Both the position numbers and the translations under genes were made by a program. The notes beneath the pieces are model-generated. The model was not told where the DNA came from, did not search any database, and saw only the letters and a program-made list of their open reading frames with translations. Shown here in pieces: positions 41,341 through 55,420 of a stretch of DNA of 64,000 nt. The DNA comes from the human T2T-CHM13v2.0 reference genome, Homo sapiens. Every line of letters starts with the position of its first letter. The stretch's first letter is position 1. The DNA is taken from the NCBI RefSeq assembly GCF_009914755.1, contig NC_060931.1; one strand, given 5' to 3'.

Positions 41341-43243
41341 TGAAATCAGGAAATAAGGTTGCTTCTAAAATATAAACATTTATAAACATTCACAATATTC
41401 CAGGCCATAGGTTCTGCATAGCACATTAGGGAGACAAGACTCACTATTAAGAAACCTGTCGTTGAATATGATTATTGTGATTGAGAGAGCAGAGAAAGGA
41501 GAATAATAGAATCCTTACTCTGGGACAGCGGAATGTTTGTCCTATTAAAAAAATTCTTTACACAATTATAATTTATTTTATTCAAAAAATAAATTCACTG
41601 TAATTACGTATGAAGAAAATAAACCTCTGCAAAATTATCTATACTATGGGAAAAAGAAAAGGAGTGAGAAAGTAATTGAGTGAATTCAACTGTTAATATG
41701 ATATATAACACATTTTTAAATTTAGAGTAGAAACTATAAATAAAGCTATGCTGTAATCAAAATTGTACTAGGAAATACACATGTAAAGATACTTCTGAAT
41801 ATTTCTTTGTCCAATTCTCAGTCAACTGTAAAACTGCTGAGTTTTGGAGATATAAACTTTGCAAAACTCAGATCATTACTCCTTTTGGGCTTTTAGTTAC
41901 AATTAAGGAAATTATGATTATCTATTTGTTTATATTTGCTGTGTGGCAAAAGACAATATGAAAAATGTTACTTAGTGAGGGTTTGGTGATCGTTACCAGC
42001 TTCCACATTATCCTTAAAGTTGTGTTGAAATGATTGAAGATAAATGCACTTAATTTGAAAAAAAAAAAAATGTTGGACTGGAACTGATAGTGTTCCAGGA
42101 AAGTTGAAAGAAATCATGAGCAGGAAACAGTGAACAATCTTACGAGACATAGAGACATACAGGCTCTCAGTTAGCTCTGAATGGCCTTTACAATCAAGAT
42201 ATAAACTATGTGACAAATGAGTGTAAAATACCAAAGCACTGGCTTGTTTCATGAAGATAAGAACAGTCTCAAAGTCCTTGTGTTCCATATGGTCCATGGA
42301 TTTCCAAAGAGGAATATGCTTGAACAGATCAAAAAGCAAAATAGACATTGTGTCTGGCTGGTATTTGGGACATGGAAGAGCGACATCTAATTTCTTAAAT
42401 AATGTCAACTTATACTGCTGTGCTTTTATTGGACAGATATGTGTGAGGCTTTGAATACATCCAAACTGAAACTTCAAGAACAAACATCAATATTATTGAT
42501 TATTTTAACTTTTTTTAGAAGTTCTAACTAAAATGCAGCCCTGGGCATAGAAAACTGGTGTTTAAAAGAAATAGTCTTATTCTAAACAATATATATACAT
42601 TGTTTATATTTTATATAAACAAAATTTTTTGTTTATATATGTATTCTGTTTATATTTTGTATTATAATACATTTACTCTGTATTAAAGATGAATTCAAGT
42701 GGTAATATTTTCATTGTGATATGGCTCAAAAATATGTTTACATTTTGTGAAGTTCTCTTGTCTCATTGATCCTTAGGCTCCTAAAGCTAATCTGCAAGAG
42801 GGTTTTCAGATTTCAATTTTAATTCATTTGCCAATATAACTGCTAGAAAATCACATTTAGAGTAAGTTTTGGTAAAATATCTACCTTATTACAAACTGAG
42901 CAGATTTGGGTGGGGAGCAGTATCTATCCTATTTATATTAATAAATATATTTCAGAATCTATTTTTTCTCTGTACTTCTGAAGTGAAAAATAAATCATCA
43001 GAGTAGACTTAAAAGTGAAAGTGGCTGCTATTGTCCTAAATCTATCCCATTTGTGATATGAACTCAGAAGCTTCAGTTTCTTTGGAAATTATTATAGACA
43101 CGGACTACTGCATGAAGTTTCATTTACCTTAAACTTCTAATTGAAGTTTCACCTATATGTGGCTGAGATGCTGATTCAGTTCAATTCAAATATTAACTAA
43201 CTAAATCCTTATCTGGCTGATGAGAAAGAAAGAGTAGCCCACA

Positions 43244-43790
43244 TGAAGCAGGAGAATAGGGTCTGGAGGCAGGGAAGCTAAGGTCAATTCATGCTGACGT
43301 CCTAGAACTGGATCAAAAGGAAAACCCCACCTCTCCATGCCCAAGTGACAAAGGATCAAATGCTACTCCTTCCACAACCCCCACCCCCTTCCACTGCGTC
43401 ACAGATGGAAAATGGAAAGTACCTCTGATTGGACGTGGGCCAAGCGTGGGCCAATCCTTCATTTGCATAAGGTGCCAATCCATTTCAGCCTCTGATTGGC
43501 CAGAGTCAAACCTCCACTTCCATCCTTTATTACATAGCGTATAAGCAATGGGAAATCTTTAAAGGGTACTTAAACCCCAGAACATTTTGTAACCAGGGCT
43601 CCTGAGCTGCTTGCTTGAGCCCGCTCCAATTCTGTAGAGGGTATTTTCACCTTAATAAATCTATGTTTCTGTTGCCTTTTGTGTCAATAAATCTATGCTT
43701 TTGTTGCTTGTTCATGCATGCTGTTCAAATCCTTGTTCAATACATCAAGAGCCTAGATGACTCACGATCAGAACCCTTTATCTAGTAACA
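43244..43790 (+). mobile_element. MER51-family ERV1 solo LTR
   Basis: Starts tgaagcaggagaatagggtctggaggcaggg, contains 'gaaagtacctctgattgg', ends gtaaca. No clear TSD. Confidence 0.88.
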
Positions 43791-45269
43791 CTTTACAAAC
43801 ATATATGCTCATTTTAATTTTTAAAATAACTTTTTGAATAAAATAATGTATGTTTATAAAGTGCATAGTAAACTGTAAACTAATATGTAATAAATGAGTT
43901 ATTGTTGTCATCCTTATCTTTTTCTAATCAAAGTAGATAATATCTATTCTAAAACAAGTTATTCAAATGTCTTTTGCCCTTTGTCTTATTCAAATGTCAA
44001 TTGCCTCTAGAAGTTTTGATTTTAAGAAAAGGAAATGTTTTGCCTTTCAATCTTTATCAATGGAAAACATTTCACTCAGTCTCAAAATGCAATTTCCACA
44101 GATATTTTATTGGGTAGAGTACTTTTAAAAAGCTCTAAAATAAGAAAGTGATGATAATGGAAAGCAATATTTAGTATCAACTTTGAATAGGCACAAAGAG
44201 CACTGATGTAATTAGAGATACTTAGACATGTAGCTAAAGAAAATATACCTCTGGGAGAAAATGTAACTGCTGTTACTATTTTCAAACAAATATGGGGCTC
44301 AGAAGTATCTATTTAAGTGCCAATATTAAATATCTCACCATGTTTCCATTATAAACCCTTCTTTTAGGAGTTTATAACTGGGCCATAAAAATTCACTTCA
44401 GGCACTCCTTAGTATCCAAAAAAGCTATTACAGCCTTCTGGGAAAATAATAAGCATATTTATAGAAGGTATATATAAAAATATTGATATGTTTACCTATT
44501 TTTAAAAATGCACTTGTGACAACTAATCTCCTTTATCAATTTGCTGAATCATATTACCTTCTTCAGTTCCATTAACCTAAAAGGAAAAATACAATTAAAT
44601 TTAGTCTCCTTTCAATTGTTTCTAAATATGATTAATCTGGTGTCAACAAAGTATCGCTGTACTTCAGAATTTGCCTGCTGGCCTCTAAAAAGCCAAGGAA
44701 GGGGTAATAACTTTTAATGGAGTAAATACGTGTTTATTTTTCTGAAGTTAACTTTTTTGTTGTTATTGTTGAGATTTTTCTGTTGCAAACATTGTGTACA
44801 GTCAAAAACTCTGCGAATAAAGAAACAGAGACACTTATAAATACATGTGTACTTTTTGATTATTTCTTTAGAATCAGAAAGACTTAAACCCATGTACATT
44901 TTATTTTGGCAGAAGATCATGTAATTTTTCCACAATTACTCACATACCGCAGCAGAGGACACAAAATCATTCCAGGCTTTATTAATTTCAAATACCCAAA
45001 ACTGTCTTGAGAAGAAAATACCTTTATATTATTTTATTTGATAGTGAAGTCTTAAAGTTCTATTTCTCTCATAGGTTTTTTGTTTGTTTTAGCAGTTAGC
45101 TAAAAAGTTTCCCAATTAAAACATTTTAGTACTTAATCCTATGGTTGTCATGCATGAGACTGGTTCATTAACAAGGTGGAAGGTAGAATAGTGAATAGAT
45201 TTTTCACAATATAATGAGCATGATAATAATAATAGTAGTAGTAATAAGAAATAACAACAATACAAAGAA

Positions 45270-45510
45270 TACTAACAGCAAACATTCTTTTTGAGTACTT
45301 TCCACCTCACTGGTATGCGGTTAAGTTCTTTACATACATTATTCCCCAATTAAATCTACGAGATCAGCGCCTGTTTTGCTAGGGAAACTAGGCTGTAAGG
45401 AATGAAATCACTAACGCAATATTATATAGCTAACTATTGGCAGTGCTGGGACTCAAATTACATTCTGAAGATGAAGCCTGTGTTTAATAATCAAGTTCTA
45501 CCACTCTTTC
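45270..45510 (-). mobile_element. MIR fragment
   Basis: 'agcaaacatt...tttgagtactt...ctttacatacattatt...gggaaactaggct...tggcagtgctgggactcaaa'. Confidence 0.5.
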
Positions 45511-46209
45511 TACTTTAGAAGAAAATCAGTATGATTTGGTTAAATTAGATGCTCTAACAAGAAGGAAATAGCTGACCCAAATTATAGATGGAAAACTATA
45601 CGGTAAGATAGCTGGATTGCTAGACAATAGTCAGCATAATATCACTATTATTAAAAATTCATAAATATTTTTGCCATCCTAGGAACTAGTCTTTAAACTT
45701 ACTACATACCTTGCTATTCAATTGCAAAATGTAAGATTTAAAAAATGGCTCTTCTTTAAAATAAATGTCAAAAAGAATGGTGTTATTTATCTTTGAAGTT
45801 AGCAATATTAATTACTTGAAAATTAGTAAAATTGTCTGACGTTTAAGAGGTTTTAAACGGTCTCCTAACTATTATACTTTTAGATTTTACAAAATGAGTG
45901 TTCAAATATCATCTGGTTTATAATTAATACATAAAAGCCAGTGAATCTAAGTGCACGTACATTTTTATTTAACTGTGTAATTACTGATTAGTAGTTCATA
46001 AAATTGGTTTTGATATATTTTGAGAGCCTTTACAATAACTTTGCAACTTTTAACTCATGCAAAAGTGATTCAGTATAAAGTTGGACTAAAATTCAGAACA
46101 GAACTTCTTTTACGAAGTTAACAGAGATAATTGATATTTCACTCAATGATGACTGCATTAAAATCATTGACACACATTTAACATTCATAACTGCTCTAAC
46201 CCTTGAATT

Positions 46210-46900
46210 TGGTATATGGCAATATATTGAATCTAAAACTCTTAATTGCTTTCTCATCAATCTATTTCTCCCCTGGTCTTTTCCTCTTTGTAAATGGTAA
46301 CTCTATTCTTGTAGTTGCTCAGGCCCAAATCTTTATCATTTAGTTGTCTTCTACATGTCATTTAAATCAACCAGTAAAACTCGTTAATGTCAACTTCAAA
46401 ATATATCCAGAATGCAGCCATATTTCATCACTTTCAACACCATCACCTTAGTTCAACCAGTATTACTCCCTACCTGGTCTTGGGCAATAGGTTCCTAACT
46501 GGTTTCACCATTTAAATCCTTACTCTCTACGTCTTCCATGCAAAAACCAGGATTGGTCACTGTTCATCTAGCCAAATCCTACCATTCAGTAAAACCAAAT
46601 CATCATCACTATCTCTGGGGTCATGTGTGGCCTGAACCTCTGCTCTTTTTCTGTCCTCATTCTCCCTGCCCAGTTTTGTTTGTTTATTTATTTGTTTCAA
46701 TCACTCAGCTCTTGCTACATTGGTCTTTCCTTGAGTACACCTAATGTGGATCTGTCCTTGATGCTTCGTGACTATTTTCCTCCCTGTTCAAAATATTCTT
46801 CCTCCAGATTTCCACCTGTCCCATTTTCTTCATCTTTTTTTTTAAGTCTGTGCTCAAATACCATTTAGCAAAAAGCCTTCTCTGACCACCCTATATAAAA
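46210..46900 (+). mobile_element. L2a fragment
   Basis: 'gtaaatggtaactctattcttgtagttgctcaggccc', 'cttcaaaatatatccagaat', 'gccttctctgaccaccctatataaa'. Confidence 0.7.
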
Positions 46901-46944
46901 GAGTTAGGTCTATCACTCTCTGGAAGCTTTTTTATATTAATAAT

Positions 46945-47302
46945 AACCATCCCTTATATTCTAGGCATTCTGCTAAATGTATTATATCTGCTATTTCATA
47001 ATCTTCAAGACACTACTGAGAGGTAGGTTTTATTATTTCTCTTAAATAACTGAATAAAATTTAAATAAAACACTAAAGGTATGGTTAAGCTTCAAACCGG
47101 GTCTCCGGATTCCTCAGTCCTTGTTCTCCATGAACTGCATAATCCCATTTATGCTTCAAAACTCTCCCAATTTAACAAATAGGGAATGTGAGGCTCAAGG
47201 GTTTGAAATAATTGCCCAGATCACACAGCAAGTAAGTAGTAGAACAGGAATTCAAATGTAGGTTGATCAAATCTGATGTTTACTCCCCTGCACCACACTG
47301 CC
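46945..47302 (-). mobile_element. Two adjacent MIR fragments
   Basis: 'ctgagaggtagg' and 'gaatgtgaggctca...aattgcccagatcacacagc...gaattcaaa...caccacactgcc'. Confidence 0.6.
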
Positions 47303-49202
47303 TTCCTGTGGACAAGGTCATATCCTTATTGCCAATTGCCAGCCAAAGATAGATAAGATGAGTTCACTCTCCATTCTTCTGGGCTTTATTTTTGCTTACT
47401 TACTCAAGTCTCACATAAATACATATTCATCTTAGATCTATAACTTGGTTGATGTAGAAATATAAGAAAAGTGCACATATGATATAGAACATTAACAATA
47501 TTGACATTATCCCAGAAATTATATAATTAAGAATTGAAATTTATATGATTTTCATTGATTTTTTTCTTCTTTTATTTGCTAATATTCTATCCTCTCAACA
47601 ACATACTGCTAAACTTTGCTTTGTTCAATGTCCATGCTTGATCATTGAATTAAAATCCCTCTAAAATAATAAGTAGGACATATCTCAAATATATGTATCC
47701 ATAATATAAAACATATTCATTTAGAATCTTTGCAATGTACCATTATACTAAGGCCATAATAAAAATTCTCACTTGTCTGTATACTTGGTGAAAGAATAAG
47801 ATCAACTGAACCATATAGTTGCTTTATATAGAAATCAGCCTGTACATATCTAATTGAATTTACTAATTGTCACAGGTGAAAAAAAATGCCATTTTCATAC
47901 TGAAATCAAATATAATCCTGACATAAAGGTCATAAATTTAAAAATTTATGCAAAGATACCTCAAGCTACTACTGGAACACCTATATCCAACATACAGAAA
48001 GAATCAATACAAGCATTAATCTGATAGTCAGTATTAGACACAAAGTGACTGAAATAGAGCTTGATTACAAGAGCAATGTCTCCTGCTTTGAGAATAAACA
48101 TTTCAGTTTTGTCTCAGCATTTATGTAACAGCAGGAGAGAGAAGACAAGTTATCTTGTGACAACATCCTGCAGTATGTCATTGACATTATCTTATAATTA
48201 GACTTGCATTAAAGATGATTAATAGTATCTTCTTTGGTGCCTAATCAGTGCAGTCTCATAGCATATACAAAAATGAGTATTTTAGATCACTTTAAGTCAG
48301 TATTACAGCAGTAAAATCGTTATGTTCCTTTTCCCTCAAAGCCATCTCAAACAAAATAACAATATTTTCATTCAATTTTTGTTGGTAACAGTTTGAAAGA
48401 AAATGCCACAAGTATTTAGAGTGTTGAAATTCAAATTTTATCTAATTAACCTGAAACTCCTGTATTTTTTGAATCCAGATTTAAACCACTATTGTGGCTA
48501 CCGCTAATAGCTATATATGAATTAACAGAAAATGAAAGATTTACTTCTAAGAGAAACATAACACAAGCTAGTTTCATGTGTAGTCAATTCAAAGTTTTAT
48601 GAATTATTGGACTCAGATTACCTACAGGCCTGGAAGACAGTGGCTCTGTCTACTATTGGAGATGCTGGCTCATTGCACTGAAAATTTGCTATTTATGTAT
48701 AAAGGATAAGATTGGACTTAGAAATCTGTAAATTAAGCTAAGTGATTTAAAGCCATGCAGCGTACATGTGAGACACAAGAATCAAACCCTTAAGCTTTAT
48801 TTGTGAGGAAGTAGCATTCATGTGTGCTTAGCCTACCAAGGGGGATCAGCAAATGTTTGCTGAATGGATGCATGAATGGATGGAGTGGCTTCATAGCACA
48901 ATAAAGTCATGTACCACAATAGTTAGGGGGTACAGCTGGAAATAACAAGTCTTTATAAAGTGACCAGACTAAAACAGCTTTAATGCTGTCCCACTGCTAC
49001 CTATTTGCCTACTGGGATCTGAGTGATTTGTTGAGAATGAAGTATCCTAGGCAACCATGCTAAAATTATGAGTTCAGAAAAGGCGAACTATTTAACAGGC
49101 TAGACATACTGATGGAAGCTATTGTGGGGCCTTCAATTTAAAATTTGTTGAATTTGTGTACTTAGTTCCACTGACTCTGTATTATTAAGAAATTCCACTA
49201 TG

Positions 49203-49495
49203 GGCCAAGCGTGGCAGCTCATGCCTGTAATCCAAGCACTTTGGGAGGCCAAGGCAGGTGGATCACTTGAGGTCAGGGGTTTGAGACCAGCCTGGCCAAC
49301 ATGAGGAAACCCCATCTCTACTAAAAAAAAAAATACAAACATTAGCCAGGCACGGTGGAGTGTGCCTGTAATCCCAGCTACTTAAGAGGCTGAGGCATGA
49401 AAATCACCTGAACCCAGGAGACGGAGGTTACAGTGAGCCAAGATAGTGTCACTGCACTCCAGCCTGGGTGACAGAGTGAAACACTCTCAAAAAAT
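49203..49495 (+). mobile_element. AluSz-type with very short tail and no 3' TSD
   Basis: ggatcacttgaggtcagg diagnostic; the tail runs directly into L1 sequence. Confidence 0.92.
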
Positions 49496-49661
49496 ACAAG
49501 GGGGAACACACACTGGGGCCTGTCAGGGAGTGGGGGGTGGGAGAGCATCAGGATAAATAGCTAATGCATATGGGGCTTAATACCTAGGTAATAGGTTGAT
49601 AGGAGCAGCAAACCACCATGGCACATGTTTACGTATGTAACAAACCTGTACGTCCTGAACA
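49496..49661 (+). mobile_element. L1PA (older, about PA8-PA12) 3'UTR fragment truncated at both ends
   Basis: 'ggggaacacacactggggcct...gagagcatcagga...ctaatgcat..ggggcttaatacctaggt...gcagcaaaccaccatggcacatgtttac'; no poly-A tail. Confidence 0.88.
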
Positions 49662-49962
49662 GGGGCAAAATGCCACCAGTCATTTTGCTAAAATGCAACA
49701 AGAGTCACCTATGCTTCACTTCCCAACAAGTTCTTCATCTCCATCAGCCTCAGCCTCAATTTCATTGCCCATATCACTATCAGCAGTTTGGTCAAAGCCA
49801 TTCAACAAGTCTCTAGGGAGTTCCAAATTGTCTCACATTTTCCTGTCTTCTTCTGAGCCCTCCAAACCGTTCCAACCTCTGCCCAGTTACCCAGTTCCAA
49901 AGTTGCTTCCACATTTTTGGGTATCTTTTCAGCAGTGACCCACTCTACTGGTACTAATTTAC
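49660..49962 (-). mobile_element. THE1 internal region, 5' part only
   Basis: 'ggggcaaaatgccaccagtc...aaagccattcaacaagtctctagg...ttacccagttccaaagt...ctggtactaatttac' is the reverse of the THE1-int 5' end. Confidence 0.9.
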
Positions 49963-50296
49963 TGTATTAGTCCATTTTCACGCTGCTGATAGAGACATAT
50001 CTGAGACAGGGTGATTTACAAAAGAAAGAGTTTTCTTTACAGTTCCACATGGCTGGGGAGGACTCACAATCATGGCAGAAGGTGAAAGGCACATCTCACA
50101 TGGTGGCAGACAAGAGAAGAGAGCTTGTGCGGGGAAATTCCCGTTTTTAAAACCATCAGATCTTGTGAGACTTATTCACTATCATGAGAACAGCACAGGA
50201 AAGAACTGCCCCCATGATTCAGTTACCTCCCACCAGGTCTCTCCCACAACATGTGGGAATTCAAGGTGAGATTTGGGTGGGGACACAACCATACCA
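49963..50296 (-). mobile_element. THE1 (THE1B-like) 5' LTR
   Basis: tgtattagtccattttcacgctgctgat...gagatttgggtggggacaca, contiguous with the internal sequence. Confidence 0.93.
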
Positions 50297-51581
50297 CAAT
50301 GTTTTAGAATACATTTGGCCCTATAAAACTGTAGATTCAAGTCTACAATAATTTCTCAAAAGTTTTCTTAAATTATATCTTTCTCTATGTTTTAAATTTT
50401 CCTGTTTATACAGTTTGTTTCTACCAGCACATCAATTTTCTATTGATGGTTCATTTATTTTTCAATATTTTCAATATTGAAAATTTTATTGAATATTCAA
50501 TAAAAAATATTCTGATTCTGGCAATCAGAAATAATAGGCAATTATTTAATGCCTATTGTATGCTAGACAGTGTTCTATACTTTGTTTCATAACTTTTTCT
50601 GTGATATATATATATAATTTTCTTTACAATCATCTTCCAATATTCTTTCATTTTGACTCATTTTGCTTACTTTATCAGTTCTGTTCTCTGAGCCCCTTAT
50701 TACTCTCATCAGTGACTTTTTACTGCTTCTATTTTGACTTTCACTTCTGTAACTGCTTTATATTTACCTTTAACATCTTCCTTAGTCTCTCCTGGTTTGG
50801 GTTTTATCTTTGTGTCACTATACATTCTGAGGTATTGAAATACTGATTTGTTGTTTTGCATCGAGGTTGTTTGGGGGTATGAGGAAGTGAGAGGTTCATA
50901 AAATAAAACAGTGTGATTTCCTTCTGCTCATACCAATATTTTTCTTGTTGCTTTTCTCAGCCTGCTCCTTCCTCCCTTTCTTTTTCTCTTTTTGTTTTCC
51001 CACATTATTGTATAGAGCCTATACTTGTTCATTTTCTTCATTATTGCTCTTAAATGAAGTGAGTACAACAAAAATTGGGACTGTTAAGTGCAGAGTATCA
51101 GAGGTTTCCTCTAATTAATGGGAAGTTTCTTAGGATTAAAAATAGGTGCACATGTGATTGTGTAAGTGTGTATGTTTTTGCATTACATTGTATACCCCTC
51201 TCCCTTTAATTTTGCCACTCACTGATTCAGCTAATGGCAAGATCTGAGAACAAAAAAACCCATGCTCATTCAGATGCTAGGAAAACAGGCTGAAAAGAGC
51301 AGAGAACATTCCCCAAGCCCCTATTTTACTAAGGACTCTTTGTAATATAAAAAATATAAATTTTTTATCTGAACAAATGACCATTTTATATTTCTATATA
51401 AAAGTTGGTGGTTTAATAATACAGGACTAGAATAATGTAGATTTTTAATTTTCATAGAAATTAAACTCTGTAGCCAAAGGCCCTCAGAGATTACTAAACA
51501 CAGAAGGCATATTGAAAACAGAAGATTCTATTTTGACAGAAGGATTAGACATATTTTTGTTACTGAGAAAATACTATTTAT

Positions 51582-51942
51582 TTTCATAGACTGAATGTTT
51601 GAGTCCCCCCAAAATGTTAAAATCCTAATCTCCCGTGTGATGGTGTTAGGAAATGTGGCCTTTAGGAGATAATTAGGTCTTGAGGATGGAGCCCTCATGA
51701 TGGGATTAGTGGTGCCATAAGAAGAGAGGAGATAACTTGCTCTCTCTTTCTCTTTTTTTCTACCTTGTGAGGATACAAGGAGAAGATGTACATCTGTGAA
51801 TTAGAAAAAGGGTCCTCACCAGAACCAAATGTGCAGACATCATGATCTTGGACTTCCAAGCCTCCAGAACTGTGAGTAATAAATGTTTGTTGTTTAAGCC
51901 ACTCAACCTATGGAAATTTAATACAGCACTCTGAGCTAAGAC
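51582..51942 (+). mobile_element. MLT1A/MLT1A0 LTR
   Basis: 'gactgaatgttt...ggagccctcatgatgggattagtg...cttggacttccaagcctccagaactgtgag.aataaatgtttgttgtttaagcca...ctaagaca'. Confidence 0.88.
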
Positions 51943-52071
51943 ATTCATGATCACTTTTAGGTGCCTTTAGTTCTGGTAGTCACATGGAAGATATATCTGA
52001 AGAGTCTGATCTCCTCTTCACTCTGCGCCCTTTCCACTTTATAGTGGATGCACATGAAAATGTATTTTGGG

Positions 52072-52456
<385 letters not shown>

Positions 52457-55420
52457 TTACTGATTGTTTGCTCTTTCTAGACTTTTTAGTTACATTCTTT
52501 CACAGGAAATATGTTTGACTTGTTGTTATTAAAGTACATAGTGTTTCTCTGTGGCCCGTTTTGGGTCCTAGCAAGTGGCTGATGGCTTCCTTGCACTTTC
52601 ACACACTCGTGGCAACATTCAAAAGAAAATGAAGTCAGACTTGGACCAAGATATACGCCTTTAGATGATGCTATGAGATGGTCTTTTAAAAATATTTCAT
52701 CAAAGTTCTTTGTCTTGAAAGACTAACAATGCTTGTTAGATTGTTAATTTTTGAGATCCATGTGACTTATATCTATATTTTCATATCATTAAAATATTTC
52801 ACTGGCTGTTGAGATATAAGTCACAATCTGCCAATTTGTCATTCTTTTCAATGACATCTGGATCCAAAATCATGATTGGTTAACATGTGAAGTTGGTCCA
52901 TTAATTTTATCCAGGAAAAAGTTATTGGAAGCTACATACATAGTTTTAAGATTTAAAATTTCAAATTTCTATGACTAATAAACTACAGAATCCCTCATGC
53001 CACATCTCTAACACATTGATTCCGTAAATGTTTCTTAAATTATGTTCAGTGCTAAGATGCCAATAAAGTTTCATTTTAGATGAATACAATATAAATTGAT
53101 TTATTAGTTGAATATTTGTTGTATATTTGGGCCAACTGTCCAAGTGAATTTATTCAGATATCCACATTTTATATATAACTACTTTCACATTTCTGAGTAA
53201 TTTCATTGGCACATTTTTATGTGTTACAGAAGTACTTTATGATTTGGTGAAAATAATATTTACTTTGATTTTCATATCGTACCATAGCTATCTAAGAATC
53301 TACCTTTATTATCTAATTATAACCATCCTGCCAACAATTCTACCTCTAGATTTGTTCTATTCTGCATAGACATATCTACCTAGAAGAGCCTACCTCAGAG
53401 AGGAATTTCCCTCTGAAGTATCATTTTCCTGTGGCCTGTTTTCTTGCCTTCTTGTTTTGATCTTTCAGGCGATGTGACTTTCCTGGCTATAGTTGCTCTC
53501 CTGAGTCTCTGACCTCCCAACATAAAAAGGCCTCTTCTCCCTTGTGTTGCCTCCGGGTTTTCTCTTTCATTGTTATGTGTGTAAGCCTTCCTTCTGCATG
53601 ACTGATTGACTTTCTTCCCTGATCTCCTGTTTTGGAAGCTGGATCATCATGACCACTTACCTGACCGCTGAACCATCAGCCATTCTGCAGTGTAACTTTT
53701 AACACCTTTTAGGGTTCCTTAAACCTCACATTTTTATCTACTGAGACTGTGATATAACTTTAAGCAGTAATATTAAAACTTGTAATATTCATTTACAACA
53801 GACATTTTTTCTGCTTTTTTAAGTGAAAAGTTGAATATTAGCAATTTAATTGGATCAACCTAATATTAAGTGTAAACATAAACTGTGCTGCTGAAAATGT
53901 TCAGAAATTCAAACTCCTCTACTTCAAAGCTCTGACACCATGTCACGAACCAAAGAAACAATTTAGTAGCTCTTACATAATAGACTAAGTATCATCAAAC
54001 AACACTGTTTACTTTCTAAAGGCAATACTCTAGGTGCCTTAATGAATAAATTTTATCTATAAAAAGTACTTTTAAAATTATATTTTATTGTGGTAAGTCA
54101 TTAAGGAGCAAATTTTCTGACAATATTTTAACTAGTTTTGCACTTAATCCAATAATCAAATTAAGTTTTATCTATGTTATTATAGAACTGATACATTCTT
54201 GAGAAAGATGTATATATTGATTCATATGAGATTTTTCATAAAAAATATATTAAAGAAAAATAGCCCCTCATATGCAATAATGGGAAAGCCACATGGATTT
54301 ATATTGTAGCTATGGTATAAGAGATCATGTCCTTATTATAATCTTCACATCTATGTTTACATATGTTATTTATAAATGTACATTTTGCAATGTCTTGACA
54401 TTTGTTAGCTGTGAAAGACTATGCCAGGTATGTTTCAGGGGAAAATGAAAGTGCTTGCCCAGAAATATAAAAACAATGTTGTCTCGTCTCCTAATATTTA
54501 CATTTTTATTTCTGTTGATAAAATAGACTTCAGTGTAACAGCATCTATACAGAATAAATTCCTGATTTACAAAATCTTCTGCAAACAATTATTGGTTTCT
54601 CACTGCAAAGTATAGAAGTTGCTACTGTCAAATCAGAAATATTTCCCTTTGTAACTGTCTGTACTTGCTGTTGCCCTATCATCGCTATAAAGGGATTTTT
54701 TACCTTGAGTAAGAATTGAGCAATTTGCAAAACAGGCAAAAATGAGGAGTAGACATAACCCTTCTAAGAGCTATGTACTCAAGCCCCATCATCACTCCCT
54801 CCGTGCAAAACAATAGGCTGTAAACACCATCCATGTCTGTAGCACTTTTCCACATGTCTTTATTCTTTCAGGATATACTCCTAAATTAATTCCAGCTCAA
54901 ACTACTTTTAGCTCTTCACTCTGTTTCTCATTTATTATCCTACTTCTACTTCCTCAGATTTAGTTCTCCCCTCTCTAAATAGTGACTGTCAGTTAGTCTT
55001 CATGGCCTCTGGCTTGAATTGTATCCACAAGGTTTTCTGGCTTGCAACTACTTTTTAAAATTTATAGACAGGAATTGATCTCTAAGAGTGGATCCATCAA
55101 CCATAATCCCAAAAGGAGAACAATTTGAGATGTGGTTTCCATGTTGGCCTTCATCCTGTGCCTTAGTTTAGATTTCTTTAGCTTTATTTCAGTTTTTATT
55201 TTATCTCCTCTATTTCCCTCATTTCATGCTTCTCTCTCTTTCCCTTGTCTTTCTTTCCGCTATTTAAATGCTCCAGAACCTTTTTATTTTAATGTCAAGT
55301 AACACGCTCCAAAGGTATCACCTGGGAGGAATGAGGAAATATGAAGGCCTAGAAACCTAGGGAAGAAAATCAAATGCAATGAATGGAAGGAATTGTAATA
55401 AACACACATGGTAAGAGCAT

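Noticed and set aside
41968-42483. 171-aa minus-strand ORF
   Set aside because: Non-ATG start, crosses a homopolymer run, no recognisable domain or splice framing.
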